59,708 nt of DNA from an uncultured Muribaculaceae bacterium (GTDB lineage Bacteria; Bacillota_I; Bacilli_A; RF39; UBA660), in contig CAYRXC010000002.1 of assembly GCA_964428195.1 (NCBI GenBank), forward strand, positions 1 through 59,708. The letters are read 5' to 3'. Of the stretch, positions 16,110 to 26,163 are shown piece after piece. The number at the start of each line of letters is the position of its first letter. Positions within the stretch are counted from its first letter, which is position 1. Made by a program: the position numbers and the translations under genes. Under the pieces are notes generated by a model, which was given only the letters and a program-made list of their open reading frames with translations, was not told where the DNA came from and did no database searches.

Positions 16110-18926
16110 ATGAATAATATTGTAATAAAAGGCGCAAGAGAAAATAATTTAAAAAATATTGATATTGAAATACCAAGAGATAAACTTGTTGTAATAACAG
16201 GTGTTTCAGGAAGTGGAAAAAGTTCTTTAGCTTTTGACACCATTTATGCAGAAGGACAACGAAGATATGTTGAAAGTTTAAGTTCATATGCTAGACAATT
16301 TTTAGGTGTATCAGATAAACCCGACGTGGATTCTATTGACGGATTAAGCCCGGCAATAAGTATAGATCAAAAAACTACAAACAATAACCCCAGAAGTACT
16401 GTCGGAACAGTTACGGAAATATATGATTATTTAAGACTTTTATATTCGAGAATAGGGGTTCCAATTTGTCCTACCCATAAAATTCCTATAAGAAGGCAAA
16501 GTATAGAAGAAATGGTTAATAAGATAATGAAAATTGATGAAGGTACAAAAATTATAATACTTTCACCAATTGTAAGAGGGGAAAAAGGAACGCACAAAGA
16601 ACAACTTGATGAATTGAGAAAAAGCGGATTTACTAGAATTAGAATAAATGGGGTTCAAAAAGACTTAAGCGAAGAAATAGTATTAGAAAAGAATAAAAGA
16701 GTAGAAATAGATGTAGTTGTAGATAGATTAGTTATTGGTTCTGATATAAGAAGTAGACTATTTGAAGCAATAGAAATCTCTTCTAATCTATCAAAAGGAA
16801 AAGTATTAGTAGATATAATTGGAGACAAAGAACTAATTATGAGTGAACATTTTGCATGTCCAAAGTGTGATTTTTCAATTGAGGAACTAGAACCGAGAAT
16901 ATTCTCGTTCAATTCTCCTTATGGGGCATGTGAAGATTGCAAAGGCTTAGGATTTAAACTAAAGATTAGCGAAGATTTGATAATTCCAAATAAAGAAAAA
17001 TCATTGAATCAAGGGGCTATTGCACCATTATCTAATATGGATGATTTTAATATTTATTTAAAAATGTTAGAAATTTTATGTAAACATTATAAAATTGATA
17101 TGGATAAGAAAATAAAAGACTTAACTAGAAAAGAATTGGATATTGTATTATACGGAACAGAAGAAAAAATTAAGTTTAATTTTTCAACACGAAGTGGCAA
17201 TGTAATAAATAAATTAGATTATTATGAAGGCGTTGCTAATAACTTGGAGAGAAGATACTTGGAAACAAACAGTGAATTTATTAGAACATGGTTAGAATCA
17301 TATATGACCGAATTACCTTGTGAAACTTGTCATGGAACTAGATTAAAAAAAGAATCTTTATCAGTAGTTGTAGGGGATAAGAACATTAACAGATTATCTG
17401 ATTTAAGCATTGATAAAATATATGATTATTTGAGTAATCTAAAGTTGAGTAAAGAAGAAGAAGAAATTTCTAGAGTATTAATAAAAGAGATAAAAGATAG
17501 ATTAATTTTCTTGTTGAATGTAGGTCTTAATTATTTAAATTTAAATAGAATTGCGGGATCTTTAAGCGGAGGAGAAGCCCAAAGGATAAGACTTGCAACT
17601 CAAATAGGATCAAGATTGTCTGGAATGATATATGTATTAGATGAACCTAGTATTGGACTTCATCAAAAAGACAATCAAAAACTTATCAATTCACTATTTG
17701 AGATGAGAGACTTGGGGAATACTCTTATCGTAGTTGAACATGATGAAGAAACGATGTTGCAAGCTGATTACTTAATCGATATTGGACCTAAGGCTGGATT
17801 AGGGGGTGGCTATGTAGTTGCTAAGGGGACCCCTCAAGAGGTAATGAAAAACGAAAACAGTATTACAGGCAGATACTTGTCTGGTAAAGAAAAAATAGAA
17901 ATTCCGAAGAAAAGAAGAAAAGGGAATGGTAATTATCTAGAACTAAAAGGTTGCACACATAATAATCTAAAAAACATAGATGTTAGAATTCCGTTGGGTT
18001 GTTTTATATGTGTTACTGGGGTATCTGGAAGTGGGAAGAGTTCTTTGATAAATGAAACTTTGTTTAGAATACTGACTAACAATATATACTCAAGTAAATT
18101 AAAACCAGGAAACTATAAAAGCATTAAAGGTTTAGAATATATTGATAAAGTAATAGATATATCACAAGACCCTATAGGAAGAACTCCAAGGAGCAATCCG
18201 GCAACATATACGGGAGTGTTTGATGATATTAGAGATGTATTTGAAAATACTAAAGAAGCAAAAATAAGAGGATATAAAAAAGGAAGATTCTCATTTAATG
18301 TTAAAGGCGGAAGATGTGAAGCATGCTATGGAGATGGAGTAAAAAGAATAGAAATGCATTTTTTGGCAGATGTATATGTTCCTTGTGAAATATGCCAAGG
18401 GACAAGATATAACAAGGAAACTTTAGAAGTGAAATTTAAAAACAAGAACATTGCCCAAGTCTTAGAAATGACTATTGACGAAGCTTTAATATTTTTTGAG
18501 AACATTGCAAAAATTAAAAATAAATTAAAAATGATATCTGATGTTGGATTAGGATATGTTAAGCTGGGACAAAGTGCCACTACTCTAAGTGGAGGAGAAG
18601 CAAGTAGAGTAAAATTATCAAAAGAACTACAAAAAAAACCTACTGGGAAAAGCATGTTCATTCTTGATGAACCTACAACAGGATTACATGTTGATGATAT
18701 AAAAAAATTATTGTCAATTCTCAATGGTATTGTGGAAAACGGAGATACAGTTATAGTGATAGAACATAACTTAGATGTAATAAAAGTTGCTGATTATATC
18801 ATTGATTTAGGTCCAGAGGGGGGAGATTTAGGAGGCAAAATAATTGCAACTGGAACGCCCGAAGAAATTATTAAACAAAAAAAATCTTATACAGGAGAAT
18901 ACTTAAAAAAAATTATTAGTAAGTAA
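16110..18926 (+). CDS. uvrA: Excinuclease ABC subunit A
   Basis: Two ABC modules are present (GVSGSGKSSL twice; LSGGEAQRIRLA; LSGGEASRVKLS). Zinc-finger Cys pairs are present (CPKCDF...CEDCKG; CEACYGDG...CEICQG). The ATG at 16110 is preferred to the track start at 16092. Confidence 0.95.
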   Translation: MNNIVIKGARENNLKNIDIEIPRDKLVVITGVSGSGKSSLAFDTIYAEGQRRYVESLSSYARQFLGVSDKPDVDSIDGLSPAISIDQKTTNNNPRSTVGTVTEIYDYLRLLYSRIGVPICPTHKIPIRRQSIEEMVNKIMKIDEGTKIIILSPIVRGEKGTHKEQLDELRKSGFTRIRINGVQKDLSEEIVLEKNKRVEIDVVVDRLVIGSDIRSRLFEAIEISSNLSKGKVLVDIIGDKELIMSEHFACPKCDFSIEELEPRIFSFNSPYGACEDCKGLGFKLKISEDLIIPNKEKSLNQGAIAPLSNMDDFNIYLKMLEILCKHYKIDMDKKIKDLTRKELDIVLYGTEEKIKFNFSTRSGNVINKLDYYEGVANNLERRYLETNSEFIRTWLESYMTELPCETCHGTRLKKESLSVVVGDKNINRLSDLSIDKIYDYLSNLKLSKEEEEISRVLIKEIKDRLIFLLNVGLNYLNLNRIAGSLSGGEAQRIRLATQIGSRLSGMIYVLDEPSIGLHQKDNQKLINSLFEMRDLGNTLIVVEHDEETMLQADYLIDIGPKAGLGGGYVVAKGTPQEVMKNENSITGRYLSGKEKIEIPKKRRKGNGNYLELKGCTHNNLKNIDVRIPLGCFICVTGVSGSGKSSLINETLFRILTNNIYSSKLKPGNYKSIKGLEYIDKVIDISQDPIGRTPRSNPATYTGVFDDIRDVFENTKEAKIRGYKKGRFSFNVKGGRCEACYGDGVKRIEMHFLADVYVPCEICQGTRYNKETLEVKFKNKNIAQVLEMTIDEALIFFENIAKIKNKLKMISDVGLGYVKLGQSATTLSGGEASRVKLSKELQKKPTGKSMFILDEPTTGLHVDDIKKLLSILNGIVENGDTVIVIEHNLDVIKVADYIIDLGPEGGDLGGKIIATGTPEEIIKQKKSYTGEYLKKIISK

Positions 18927-18989
18927 TTATTTGTTTTGTTGATATTATGGTATATAATATTAAGTATATATTGATAATGGAGGAAGTAA

Positions 18990-19808
18990 ATGAACAATGT
19001 ATTTATTGATCTAGGAATTATAAAAATAACTTTTTATTCTTTATTTATTGTTATAGGAATGTTTGTGGCATTTTTCGTAATAATAAAAGAAGCTTTAAAA
19101 TATGGATATAATAAAGAATTTGTAAGTAATATGTTTTTTTGGACAATTGTATTTGGAATAATTGGAGCAAGGCTCTATTATGTTGCTTTTAATTGGGATT
19201 ATTATAGCTCAAATATGTCTGAGATATATAAAATATGGAACGGTGGTCTTGCAATTCACGGGGGTATAATATTTGGATTAATATTCGTTATACTATATTG
19301 TTTAAAATACAAAATTGCTGTTCAAAAGACTTTCGATATTTTAGGCCTTGGATTAATTTTAGGTCAAGCTTTTGGAAGATGGGGCAATTTTTTTAATCAA
19401 GAAGCACATGGGGGAGAAACAACAAGAGCTATTCTTGAATCCTTTTATGTTATCCCGGATTTTGTTATAAAAGGAATGAACATAGATGGAGTTTATTATC
19501 ATCCAACTTTTTATTATGAATCATTATGGTGTTTAGTTGGGTTTATTTTGTTATTAATAATTAGAAAATTTTATAAGAAGCTTAAGGTTGGTCAACTAAC
19601 GTCTTTGTATTTTATTTGGTATGGAATAGGAAGGTTCTTTATTGAAGGAATGAGAACTGATAGCTTAATGTTTGGATCAATTAGAGTAGCACAAGTAGTA
19701 TCGGCAGTTCTTGTAATATTTGGGACTATTTTACTCTTTAAAAAGATGTTTGGTTCAAGATTCGATAATTTGTATGTTGAGGAGTACGTTGATGAAATCA
19801 AGTTTTGA
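18990..19808 (+). CDS. lgt: Prolipoprotein diacylglyceryl transferase
   Basis: The blocks WNGGLAIHGGIIFG and GRWGNFFNQEAHG are present in a multi-TM protein. Confidence 0.9.
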   Translation: MNNVFIDLGIIKITFYSLFIVIGMFVAFFVIIKEALKYGYNKEFVSNMFFWTIVFGIIGARLYYVAFNWDYYSSNMSEIYKIWNGGLAIHGGIIFGLIFVILYCLKYKIAVQKTFDILGLGLILGQAFGRWGNFFNQEAHGGETTRAILESFYVIPDFVIKGMNIDGVYYHPTFYYESLWCLVGFILLLIIRKFYKKLKVGQLTSLYFIWYGIGRFFIEGMRTDSLMFGSIRVAQVVSAVLVIFGTILLFKKMFGSRFDNLYVEEYVDEIKF

Positions 19809-20652
19809 TGTATTAATTATTGGTTCCGGTGTATCTGGAATGACTGCCGCTATTTACTTAAAAAGAGCAAATATATCTGTTGCTATAATTGAAAAAAATG
19901 CTCCCGGAGGGCAACTAAATAGAGTAAATAAATTAGATAATTATCCTGGAGTATCAAACATAGATGGTCCTTCTTTTGCGTTTTCTGTTTTTTCTCAAAT
20001 GCAGGAGTTGGAAGTCCCATACATTTATGGTGAAGTAATAAGAATAGAAAACGATGGAATTAATAAAAAAGTATATACTAATAAGGATAACTACGAATGT
20101 AAATCGGTTATAATTGCATCGGGAAGAAGTCCAATTGAAACTGGATTGGATAATGAAAAAAACTTATTAGGAAGAGGAATAAGTTATTGTGCCATTTGTG
20201 ATGGAAATCTATATAAAAACAAAGATGTTTGTGTTTATACCAATAATCAAGAAGGCTTAGAAGAAGCAAAATACTTATCTAAAATATGCAATAAAGTATA
20301 TGTAGTAGGACTAAAAAATGAAGATATAGATAATATTAAGTTTATTGATGGAACTATTTCAGAAATAAAAGAAACAGATGGAAAAATTAGTTCTATTTTG
20401 GTCGATGATGATTATTATGATATAGAAGGATTGTTTGTATTGCTAGGAAGTTATCCTTCTACAGATTTTATTGATGTTGAAAAAAAAGATGGTTATATAA
20501 TTGTTGATAATAAAATGAGTTCAAGTATTGAAGGCATATTTGCGTGTGGAGATTCTATTAGTAAAGATTTGTATCAAGTATCTACTGCAGTTGGCGATGG
20601 AGCGACCGTTGCAAATAGTGTTATTAAATACTTAAATAATAGGAAAGAATAA
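19792..20652 (+). CDS. trxB: Thioredoxin-reductase-family flavoprotein with a CxxC but no recognisable NADPH-binding motif
   Basis: FAD motif DVLIIGSGVSGMTAA and redox CAICDG (20188-20205). GGGDSA is replaced by TNNQEG, and HRRxxxR by GLKNEDI. C-terminal FACGD. The ATG at 19792 overlaps the lgt stop. Confidence 0.7.
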   Translation: MKSSFDVLIIGSGVSGMTAAIYLKRANISVAIIEKNAPGGQLNRVNKLDNYPGVSNIDGPSFAFSVFSQMQELEVPYIYGEVIRIENDGINKKVYTNKDNYECKSVIIASGRSPIETGLDNEKNLLGRGISYCAICDGNLYKNKDVCVYTNNQEGLEEAKYLSKICNKVYVVGLKNEDIDNIKFIDGTISEIKETDGKISSILVDDDYYDIEGLFVLLGSYPSTDFIDVEKKDGYIIVDNKMSSSIEGIFACGDSISKDLYQVSTAVGDGATVANSVIKYLNNRKE

Positions 20653-21593
20653 TGTCTTTCTCTATTAAAGTAAAAGAAGAAATTATAAAGCAAAACGAAA
20701 GTAAAATAGAGAAAATCTCTATTCTTTCTGCATTCTTAAGAAACAATGCAGTTGTTGAAGAATCAAAAATTATTATAGAAACCGACAACTATTTAATAAG
20801 CCAATATATATTTAATTTGATTTATGAGCTTTATGGAATAAGATCGAAAATAATAATTAGAAAAAAATACAACTTTAAAGATGTTTATTCATATTTATTA
20901 GAAATTACTATTAAGAAAAAAGATATACTTAATGATTTGAGTATTACAAATGAGGAAGGATATTTTATCAATATTCCTAAAGAATACATAATTAGTGAAG
21001 ATGAAGAAAAATTGGCATACTTAAAGGGTTTGTTTATTTCTAAGGGTTCTATAAATGATCCAAAATCATCTACATATCATCTCGAATTTTCGATAGATGA
21101 TTATGAATATGCAGTATTTGTGTGTGAATTATTAGATAATTTTTCTTTAAACAGTAAGATAATTGAAAGAAAAAATTTTTATGTAGTATATATTAAAGAA
21201 GGGGAAAAAATCGGAGATTTTTTAAGACTTATAAATGCAAACGCTGCAGTAATGTATTTTGAAGATATTAGAATATTTAAGGATTACAAGAATATGGTTA
21301 ATAGACTGAATAACTGTGAACAAGCAAATGTTGAAAAGACTTTTAATTCGGCAAAAAAACAACTGGAAGACATAGAAATAATAGAAAACAATATAGATAT
21401 TGAAACTTTGGATAGTAAGCTAATCGAAATAATAAAATACAGAAAAAAATATCCGGAGCACTCATTGATTGAATTGAGTAAGATAATTTCTAAGGAAACG
21501 AGTAATAAAGTATCAAAATCGGGAATAAATCATAGATTGAGAAAAATTAAGACTATTGCCGATAGATTAAGAAGAATGCAAATAAGTAAGTAA
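20652..21593 (+). CDS. whiA: DNA-binding protein WhiA
   Basis: LAGLIDADG-like core (LAYLKGLFISKGSINDP) and a C-terminal HTH (SGINHRLRKI). Confidence 0.9.
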   Translation: MSFSIKVKEEIIKQNESKIEKISILSAFLRNNAVVEESKIIIETDNYLISQYIFNLIYELYGIRSKIIIRKKYNFKDVYSYLLEITIKKKDILNDLSITNEEGYFINIPKEYIISEDEEKLAYLKGLFISKGSINDPKSSTYHLEFSIDDYEYAVFVCELLDNFSLNSKIIERKNFYVVYIKEGEKIGDFLRLINANAAVMYFEDIRIFKDYKNMVNRLNNCEQANVEKTFNSAKKQLEDIEIIENNIDIETLDSKLIEIIKYRKKYPEHSLIELSKIISKETSNKVSKSGINHRLRKIKTIADRLRRMQISK

Positions 21594-21618
21594 AATCATT
21601 TCAAAATCATTAAATATT

Positions 21619-21627
21619 TGATAAAAT
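21619..21627 (+). promoter_or_regulatory. Extended -10 promoter element (TGaTAAAAT) upstream of parA
   Basis: Sequence match lying 31 nt upstream of the GTG start. Confidence 0.35.
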
Positions 21628-21657
21628 ATAAATACACATATAGAGGGAAGTGATAGA

Positions 21658-22443
21658 GTGGGCAAAATTATTTCAATTGTTAATCAAAAAGGCGGAGTTG
21701 GAAAAACTACTACGAGTATAAATTTGTCTGCTTGTTTGGGATACCTAGGTAAGAAAACTTTATTAATTGATTTGGATCCTCAAGGAAACGCTTCAACTGG
21801 AGTTGGCGTAAATAAAGGAGATGCACTCAACAGTATCTATGATGTTATGACTGATAAAATTCAAGTATATGCATCTATTCAAAGAACAAAATATAAAAAT
21901 TTAGACATTATTCCCGCAACTATAAATTTGGCAGGAATGGACATTGAATTATTAAATAGAAGTGCTAAAGATCCTAGTTTTATAAAAACTTCACAATTAA
22001 AAAAACATATTATTTCTTTAAAGAATAATTACGATTATATACTTATAGATTGCCCACCATCATTGGGATTATTAACAACTAATTCTTTAGTGGCATCAGA
22101 TTCTGTTATAATTCCTGTTCAATGTGAATTCTTTGCATTAGAAGGAATAATGCAATTATTAAACACAATTATGTTAGTGCAAAAAAATTTAAACACTAAA
22201 TTAGACATCGAAGGTGTATTGTTGACTATGCTTGATTCAAGGACAAAGCTTGGTATCGAAGTAGTTACAGAAATAAGAGGATACTTTAAAGAGAGGGTTT
22301 ATGATACACTTATACCAAGATTAGTTAAATTATCTGAAGCACCATCATATGGCAAACCAATCCACGTTTATGATCCGAATAGTAGGGGGACAGATGCATA
22401 TCTAAATTTGGCAAAGGAAGTGATTGTTAGAAATGGAAACTAA
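21658..22443 (+). CDS. soj: Chromosome partitioning ATPase ParA/Soj
   Basis: Deviant Walker A NQKGGVGKTT and IDCPPSLG. GTG start with the RBS GAGGGAAG. Confidence 0.9.
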   Translation: MGKIISIVNQKGGVGKTTTSINLSACLGYLGKKTLLIDLDPQGNASTGVGVNKGDALNSIYDVMTDKIQVYASIQRTKYKNLDIIPATINLAGMDIELLNRSAKDPSFIKTSQLKKHIISLKNNYDYILIDCPPSLGLLTTNSLVASDSVIIPVQCEFFALEGIMQLLNTIMLVQKNLNTKLDIEGVLLTMLDSRTKLGIEVVTEIRGYFKERVYDTLIPRLVKLSEAPSYGKPIHVYDPNSRGTDAYLNLAKEVIVRNGN

Positions 22444-23305
22444 AAGAAGAGCTCTAGGAAAAGGATTAGAAGAGTTATTTAATTCTGAAAGCTTAGAGAT
22501 TGAAAAAATTGAAGAAAAAATAATGCAAAGTGCGACAAAAGAAGAAATTGTTGAGATAAATTTAGATGAATTAAGAAGGAATCCTTATCAACCTAGAAAA
22601 AATTTTGATGAGAATTCTCTAAATGAATTAGCAGATTCAATAAAGACATATGGAGTATTTCAACCTATAATTGTTAAACAAAGCATAAAAGGTTATGAAA
22701 TAATTGCGGGTGAAAGAAGAGTAAGAGCATCAAAAATAGCGGGTTTAACGACTATCCCTGCTATTATTAGGAATTTTTCTGACGAACAAATGATGCAAAT
22801 TGCATTATTAGAAAATGTTCAAAGAGAAGATTTATCTGCAATAGAGGAAGCCAATGCTTATAGAAGTATAATTATGGCATTACAAATTACTCAAGAGGAA
22901 TTATCACTAAAGATTGGAAAAAGCAGGAGTCATGTTACAAATATGATTGGTTTATTAGGACTTCCTGCATCAGTACAAGAAATGCTTTTAAAAAGAGAAA
23001 TATCTATGGGTCATGCTCGAGTTTTGAGCAAATTAACTGATACAATTCAAATTGAAAATCTTGCAAAAAGAATAGTTCTAGAAAACTTAAGTGTAAGGAA
23101 CTTAGAGAATTTAGTTGATAGCTCTTTTGAAAGAAAAGTAAATATAAAAAGAACAAAAAATGTAGAATACAAAAATATCGAAGATATATTAGAAGAAAAA
23201 TTAGATACAAAGGTATCGATAACAAACAACAAAATACAAATTAAATTTGAATCAAAAGAAGATTTAAACAGATTATTGGAAATTCTAGAAGTTAATATTG
23301 ATTGA
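22433..23305 (+). CDS. spo0J: Chromosome partitioning protein ParB/Spo0J
   Basis: The blocks RALGKGLEELF, NPYQPRKNFDE, GERRVRASK and an HTH (SRSHVTNMIGLL) are present. The start overlaps the parA stop. Confidence 0.9.
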   Translation: METKRRALGKGLEELFNSESLEIEKIEEKIMQSATKEEIVEINLDELRRNPYQPRKNFDENSLNELADSIKTYGVFQPIIVKQSIKGYEIIAGERRVRASKIAGLTTIPAIIRNFSDEQMMQIALLENVQREDLSAIEEANAYRSIIMALQITQEELSLKIGKSRSHVTNMIGLLGLPASVQEMLLKREISMGHARVLSKLTDTIQIENLAKRIVLENLSVRNLENLVDSSFERKVNIKRTKNVEYKNIEDILEEKLDTKVSITNNKIQIKFESKEDLNRLLEILEVNID

Positions 23306-23312
23306 GGATATT

Positions 23313-23492
23313 ATGAAAGAATATAAAGAAGGTTCTATAGTAATAATGAAAAAAAAACATCCATGTGGTGAAAATAAATGGGAAGTAATTAGGACGGGCA
23401 TAGATGTTAAACTTAAATGTATAAAATGTAGCAGAATAGTAATGCTAAATAGAATTGATTTTGATAAAAATTTAAAGAAAGTGGTTGAATAA
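23313..23492 (+). CDS. DUF951-family small protein
   Basis: Contains KKKHPCGENKWEVIRTGIDVKLKCIKCSRIVML, with Cys pairs typical of the small protein that follows parB in Bacillota. Confidence 0.65.
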   Translation: MKEYKEGSIVIMKKKHPCGENKWEVIRTGIDVKLKCIKCSRIVMLNRIDFDKNLKKVVE

Positions 23493-23493
23493 G

Positions 23494-25041
23494 ATGAAAG
23501 AAGAACAAAAAGTTAATAAAAGTTGGCTTAATAGCACTGCACTGTTTTTTATTATTTTAATAGTATTAATATTTGTTATAAGTATTATAGGTTCTGCTCT
23601 TAATTGGGAAGCATCTTACATAGTTAGGAATGAAGTTACTGGGGTTCTTGATTCTAAAATGGTTTCAGTGGAATCTCTATTTTCGAGAGAAGGAATAAGA
23701 TATATCATAGGTAATGTAGTTTCAAACTTCATTAATTTTAAGCCATTAGCAATGTTTTTATTCATAATGATCGGAATAGGTTTTGCAGAAAAAACCGGAT
23801 TATTTTCAGCAATTTTCGAATCTTGGACAAAAAAAATCAATAAGTTTTGGTTGACTTTTATAGTAGTATTACTATCCATATTATCAAATATAATTGGAGA
23901 GATTGCTTTCACTTTGATTATTCCAATTTCCGCAATATTATTTTTAGTAAATAATAGAAATCCAATTGTAGCTGTTTTTGCATCCTATGTTGGAATTACC
24001 GTGGGAAGTGGTATAAATTTTATTACATCTCAGCTAAAATTCGATTCAACAAACAATTTATTGATTGGTGCCAAAATAATTGAACCGACTTATAGCATGA
24101 GTTATACATCGGGAATAATCTTTGAAATAGTTGGAACAATACTATTGGCTTTTCTGATTACATTTATCACCGAGAGGTTTATAGTTAAGAGACTAACTAA
24201 ATATAAGATTGAAGAGGTTTTAACGGAAGAGGAAGAAGATGTTCCAAAAAAGAAAAAGGCATTGATAATATGTTTTATTGTATCTCTTTTGTTATCAATA
24301 TTTTTTGTATATATGTTGATACCCACTGGAGCACCATTATCAGGACTATTGTTAGATTATGAACAAAAAGATACAATATCGAGAATATTCAGTTCTAATT
24401 CATATGTGTCGGAGGGATTGTCTTTTATTATTTTGGCAATACTATTACTTTGTGGTTGGATTTATGGAAGTGTAACTGGAACAATAAAAAATAAAAACGA
24501 AAAATCAAATTATTTATATAACTCCTTAAATAATTTGGGAGGAGTATTAATATTATTATTTTTCGCATCCCAACTTATTGCATTATTTCAAAAAACAAAT
24601 ATAGGGTCAGTAGTAACAATATGGATTTCTACCTTTGTTGAAAACTTAAATTTATCAGGAATGCCTCTAATTATTATATTTTTTATTTTGTTAGTTCTTG
24701 TAAATATTATAGATCCTTCCTCGATTTCAAAGCTAGCTATACTGGGACCTATAGTAACTCCAGAATTTATGAAATCAAATGTAACACCAGAATTCTTACA
24801 ACTGATATATAAATTGGGAGAAACGACTTCTGATATTATATCTCCTCTATTTCCGTATTTTATTGTACTTCTTGGTGTAATAATGATATATAGTAAGAAA
24901 AATGACTCAATTAAAATCAAAGATATATATAAACTATTGATGCCATATTTTGTATTGATTACAGTGTTTTGGGTAATATTCATACTTTGTTGGTATGTAA
25001 TAAATTTATCGATAGGTCAAGGAATATTGCCAACGTTTTAG
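23494..25041 (+). CDS. AbgT-family (p-aminobenzoyl-glutamate/antimetabolite) transporter
   Basis: About 12 TM segments. The N-terminal block GIRYIIGNVVSNFINFKPLAMFLFIMIGIGFAEKTGLFSA is typical of AbgT/YdaH/MtrF. Confidence 0.7.
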   Translation: MKEEQKVNKSWLNSTALFFIILIVLIFVISIIGSALNWEASYIVRNEVTGVLDSKMVSVESLFSREGIRYIIGNVVSNFINFKPLAMFLFIMIGIGFAEKTGLFSAIFESWTKKINKFWLTFIVVLLSILSNIIGEIAFTLIIPISAILFLVNNRNPIVAVFASYVGITVGSGINFITSQLKFDSTNNLLIGAKIIEPTYSMSYTSGIIFEIVGTILLAFLITFITERFIVKRLTKYKIEEVLTEEEEDVPKKKKALIICFIVSLLLSIFFVYMLIPTGAPLSGLLLDYEQKDTISRIFSSNSYVSEGLSFIILAILLLCGWIYGSVTGTIKNKNEKSNYLYNSLNNLGGVLILLFFASQLIALFQKTNIGSVVTIWISTFVENLNLSGMPLIIIFFILLVLVNIIDPSSISKLAILGPIVTPEFMKSNVTPEFLQLIYKLGETTSDIISPLFPYFIVLLGVIMIYSKKNDSIKIKDIYKLLMPYFVLITVFWVIFILCWYVINLSIGQGILPTF

Positions 25042-25050
25042 GAGGTTAAA

Positions 25051-26148
25051 ATGAGTTTAAAAGCAGGTATAGTTGGTTTACCAAATGTTGGTAAATCAAC
25101 TTTGTTTAATGCAATCACCAAAAAAAATATATTAGCAGCAAATTATCCCTTTGCAACAATTGATCCAAATGTAGGAGTAGTAATCGTTCCTGATAAGAGG
25201 ATGCTTAAACTTGAAGAAATGTATGTTCCAGAAAGAACAATTCCTGCAACTTATGAATTCATAGATATTGCTGGTTTAATTAAAGGTGCATCTAAGGGAG
25301 AAGGTTTAGGAAACAAGTTTTTAACTCACATTAGGGAAGTAGATGCTATATGTGAAGTTGTGAGATGCTTTGATGATGATAATATAATACATGTAGAAAA
25401 TTCTGTTGATCCAATAAGAGACATAGAAACTTTAGAAATAGAACTAATGTTATCTGATTTAGAAATAGTTGAAGCAAGATTATCAAAGATAGAAAAAAAA
25501 GCCCTTACTACTAAAGATAAAGATTCTATGATGGAGTTAGAACTTTTCAATAGAATAAAAACTGCTCTCGACAATAATATCCCTGCAAGGAAATTAGATT
25601 ATGATAAAGAGGAAGAAAAAATATTAAAATCCTTTGGTTTATTATCTCTTAAACCTGTAATTTATGTTGCAAATGTAAATGAAGATGATTTAAATGAAGA
25701 AAATAATTATGTTAAATTAGTTAAGGAGCATGCAGAAAGAAATATGTCTGAATGTGTTGTCATGTGTGCAAAAATTGAAAGTGAGTTAAGTGAACTTAAC
25801 GAAGATGACAAGATGTCATTCTTGAAAGAGTTAGGCATTAAAGAAAGCGGGTTAGACCAATTAATTAAAGCAACATATAAATTATTAGGATTGTCAACTT
25901 TTTTTACAGTTGGTCAAGATGAAGTAAAAGCTTGGACTTTTAATAATGGAATGAAAGCACCAGAATGTGCTGGAATAATTCATACTGATTTTGAGAGAGG
26001 TTTTATAAGAGCGGAAATAATGACTTACGAAGATTTGATAAATTATGGAAGCGAATTAAAAGTTAAAGAAGCAGGAAAAACTAGACTAGAAGGAAAAGAG
26101 TATTTGATGAAAGATGGAGATATTTGCTATTTTAGATTTAATGTTTGA
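25051..26148 (+). CDS. ychF: Redox-regulated ATPase YchF
   Basis: Contains GIVGLPNVGKSTLFNA and a C-terminal TGS/YchF block (KAWTFNNGMKAPECAGIIHTDFERGFIRAE). Confidence 0.95.
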   Translation: MSLKAGIVGLPNVGKSTLFNAITKKNILAANYPFATIDPNVGVVIVPDKRMLKLEEMYVPERTIPATYEFIDIAGLIKGASKGEGLGNKFLTHIREVDAICEVVRCFDDDNIIHVENSVDPIRDIETLEIELMLSDLEIVEARLSKIEKKALTTKDKDSMMELELFNRIKTALDNNIPARKLDYDKEEEKILKSFGLLSLKPVIYVANVNEDDLNEENNYVKLVKEHAERNMSECVVMCAKIESELSELNEDDKMSFLKELGIKESGLDQLIKATYKLLGLSTFFTVGQDEVKAWTFNNGMKAPECAGIIHTDFERGFIRAEIMTYEDLINYGSELKVKEAGKTRLEGKEYLMKDGDICYFRFNV

Positions 26149-26163
26149 TTAGAGAGGTTTTAT

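Noticed and set aside
15526-16287. 253-aa ORF on the minus strand, the longest antisense ORF in the track.
   Set aside because: It lies entirely antisense to tsaC and the start of uvrA, both supported by strong motifs. Its translation is L/F/I/S/K-rich low complexity, typical of the reverse frame of AT-rich coding DNA. No RBS or promoter is visible.
21594-23305. Looked for parS (TGTTNCACGTGAAACA-like) sites in and around parA/parB, and for DnaA boxes.
   Set aside because: The only CACGTG cores I noticed (near 46127 and 58650) lack the flanking half-sites. No TTATCCACA clusters were seen, so no parS or oriC is called.
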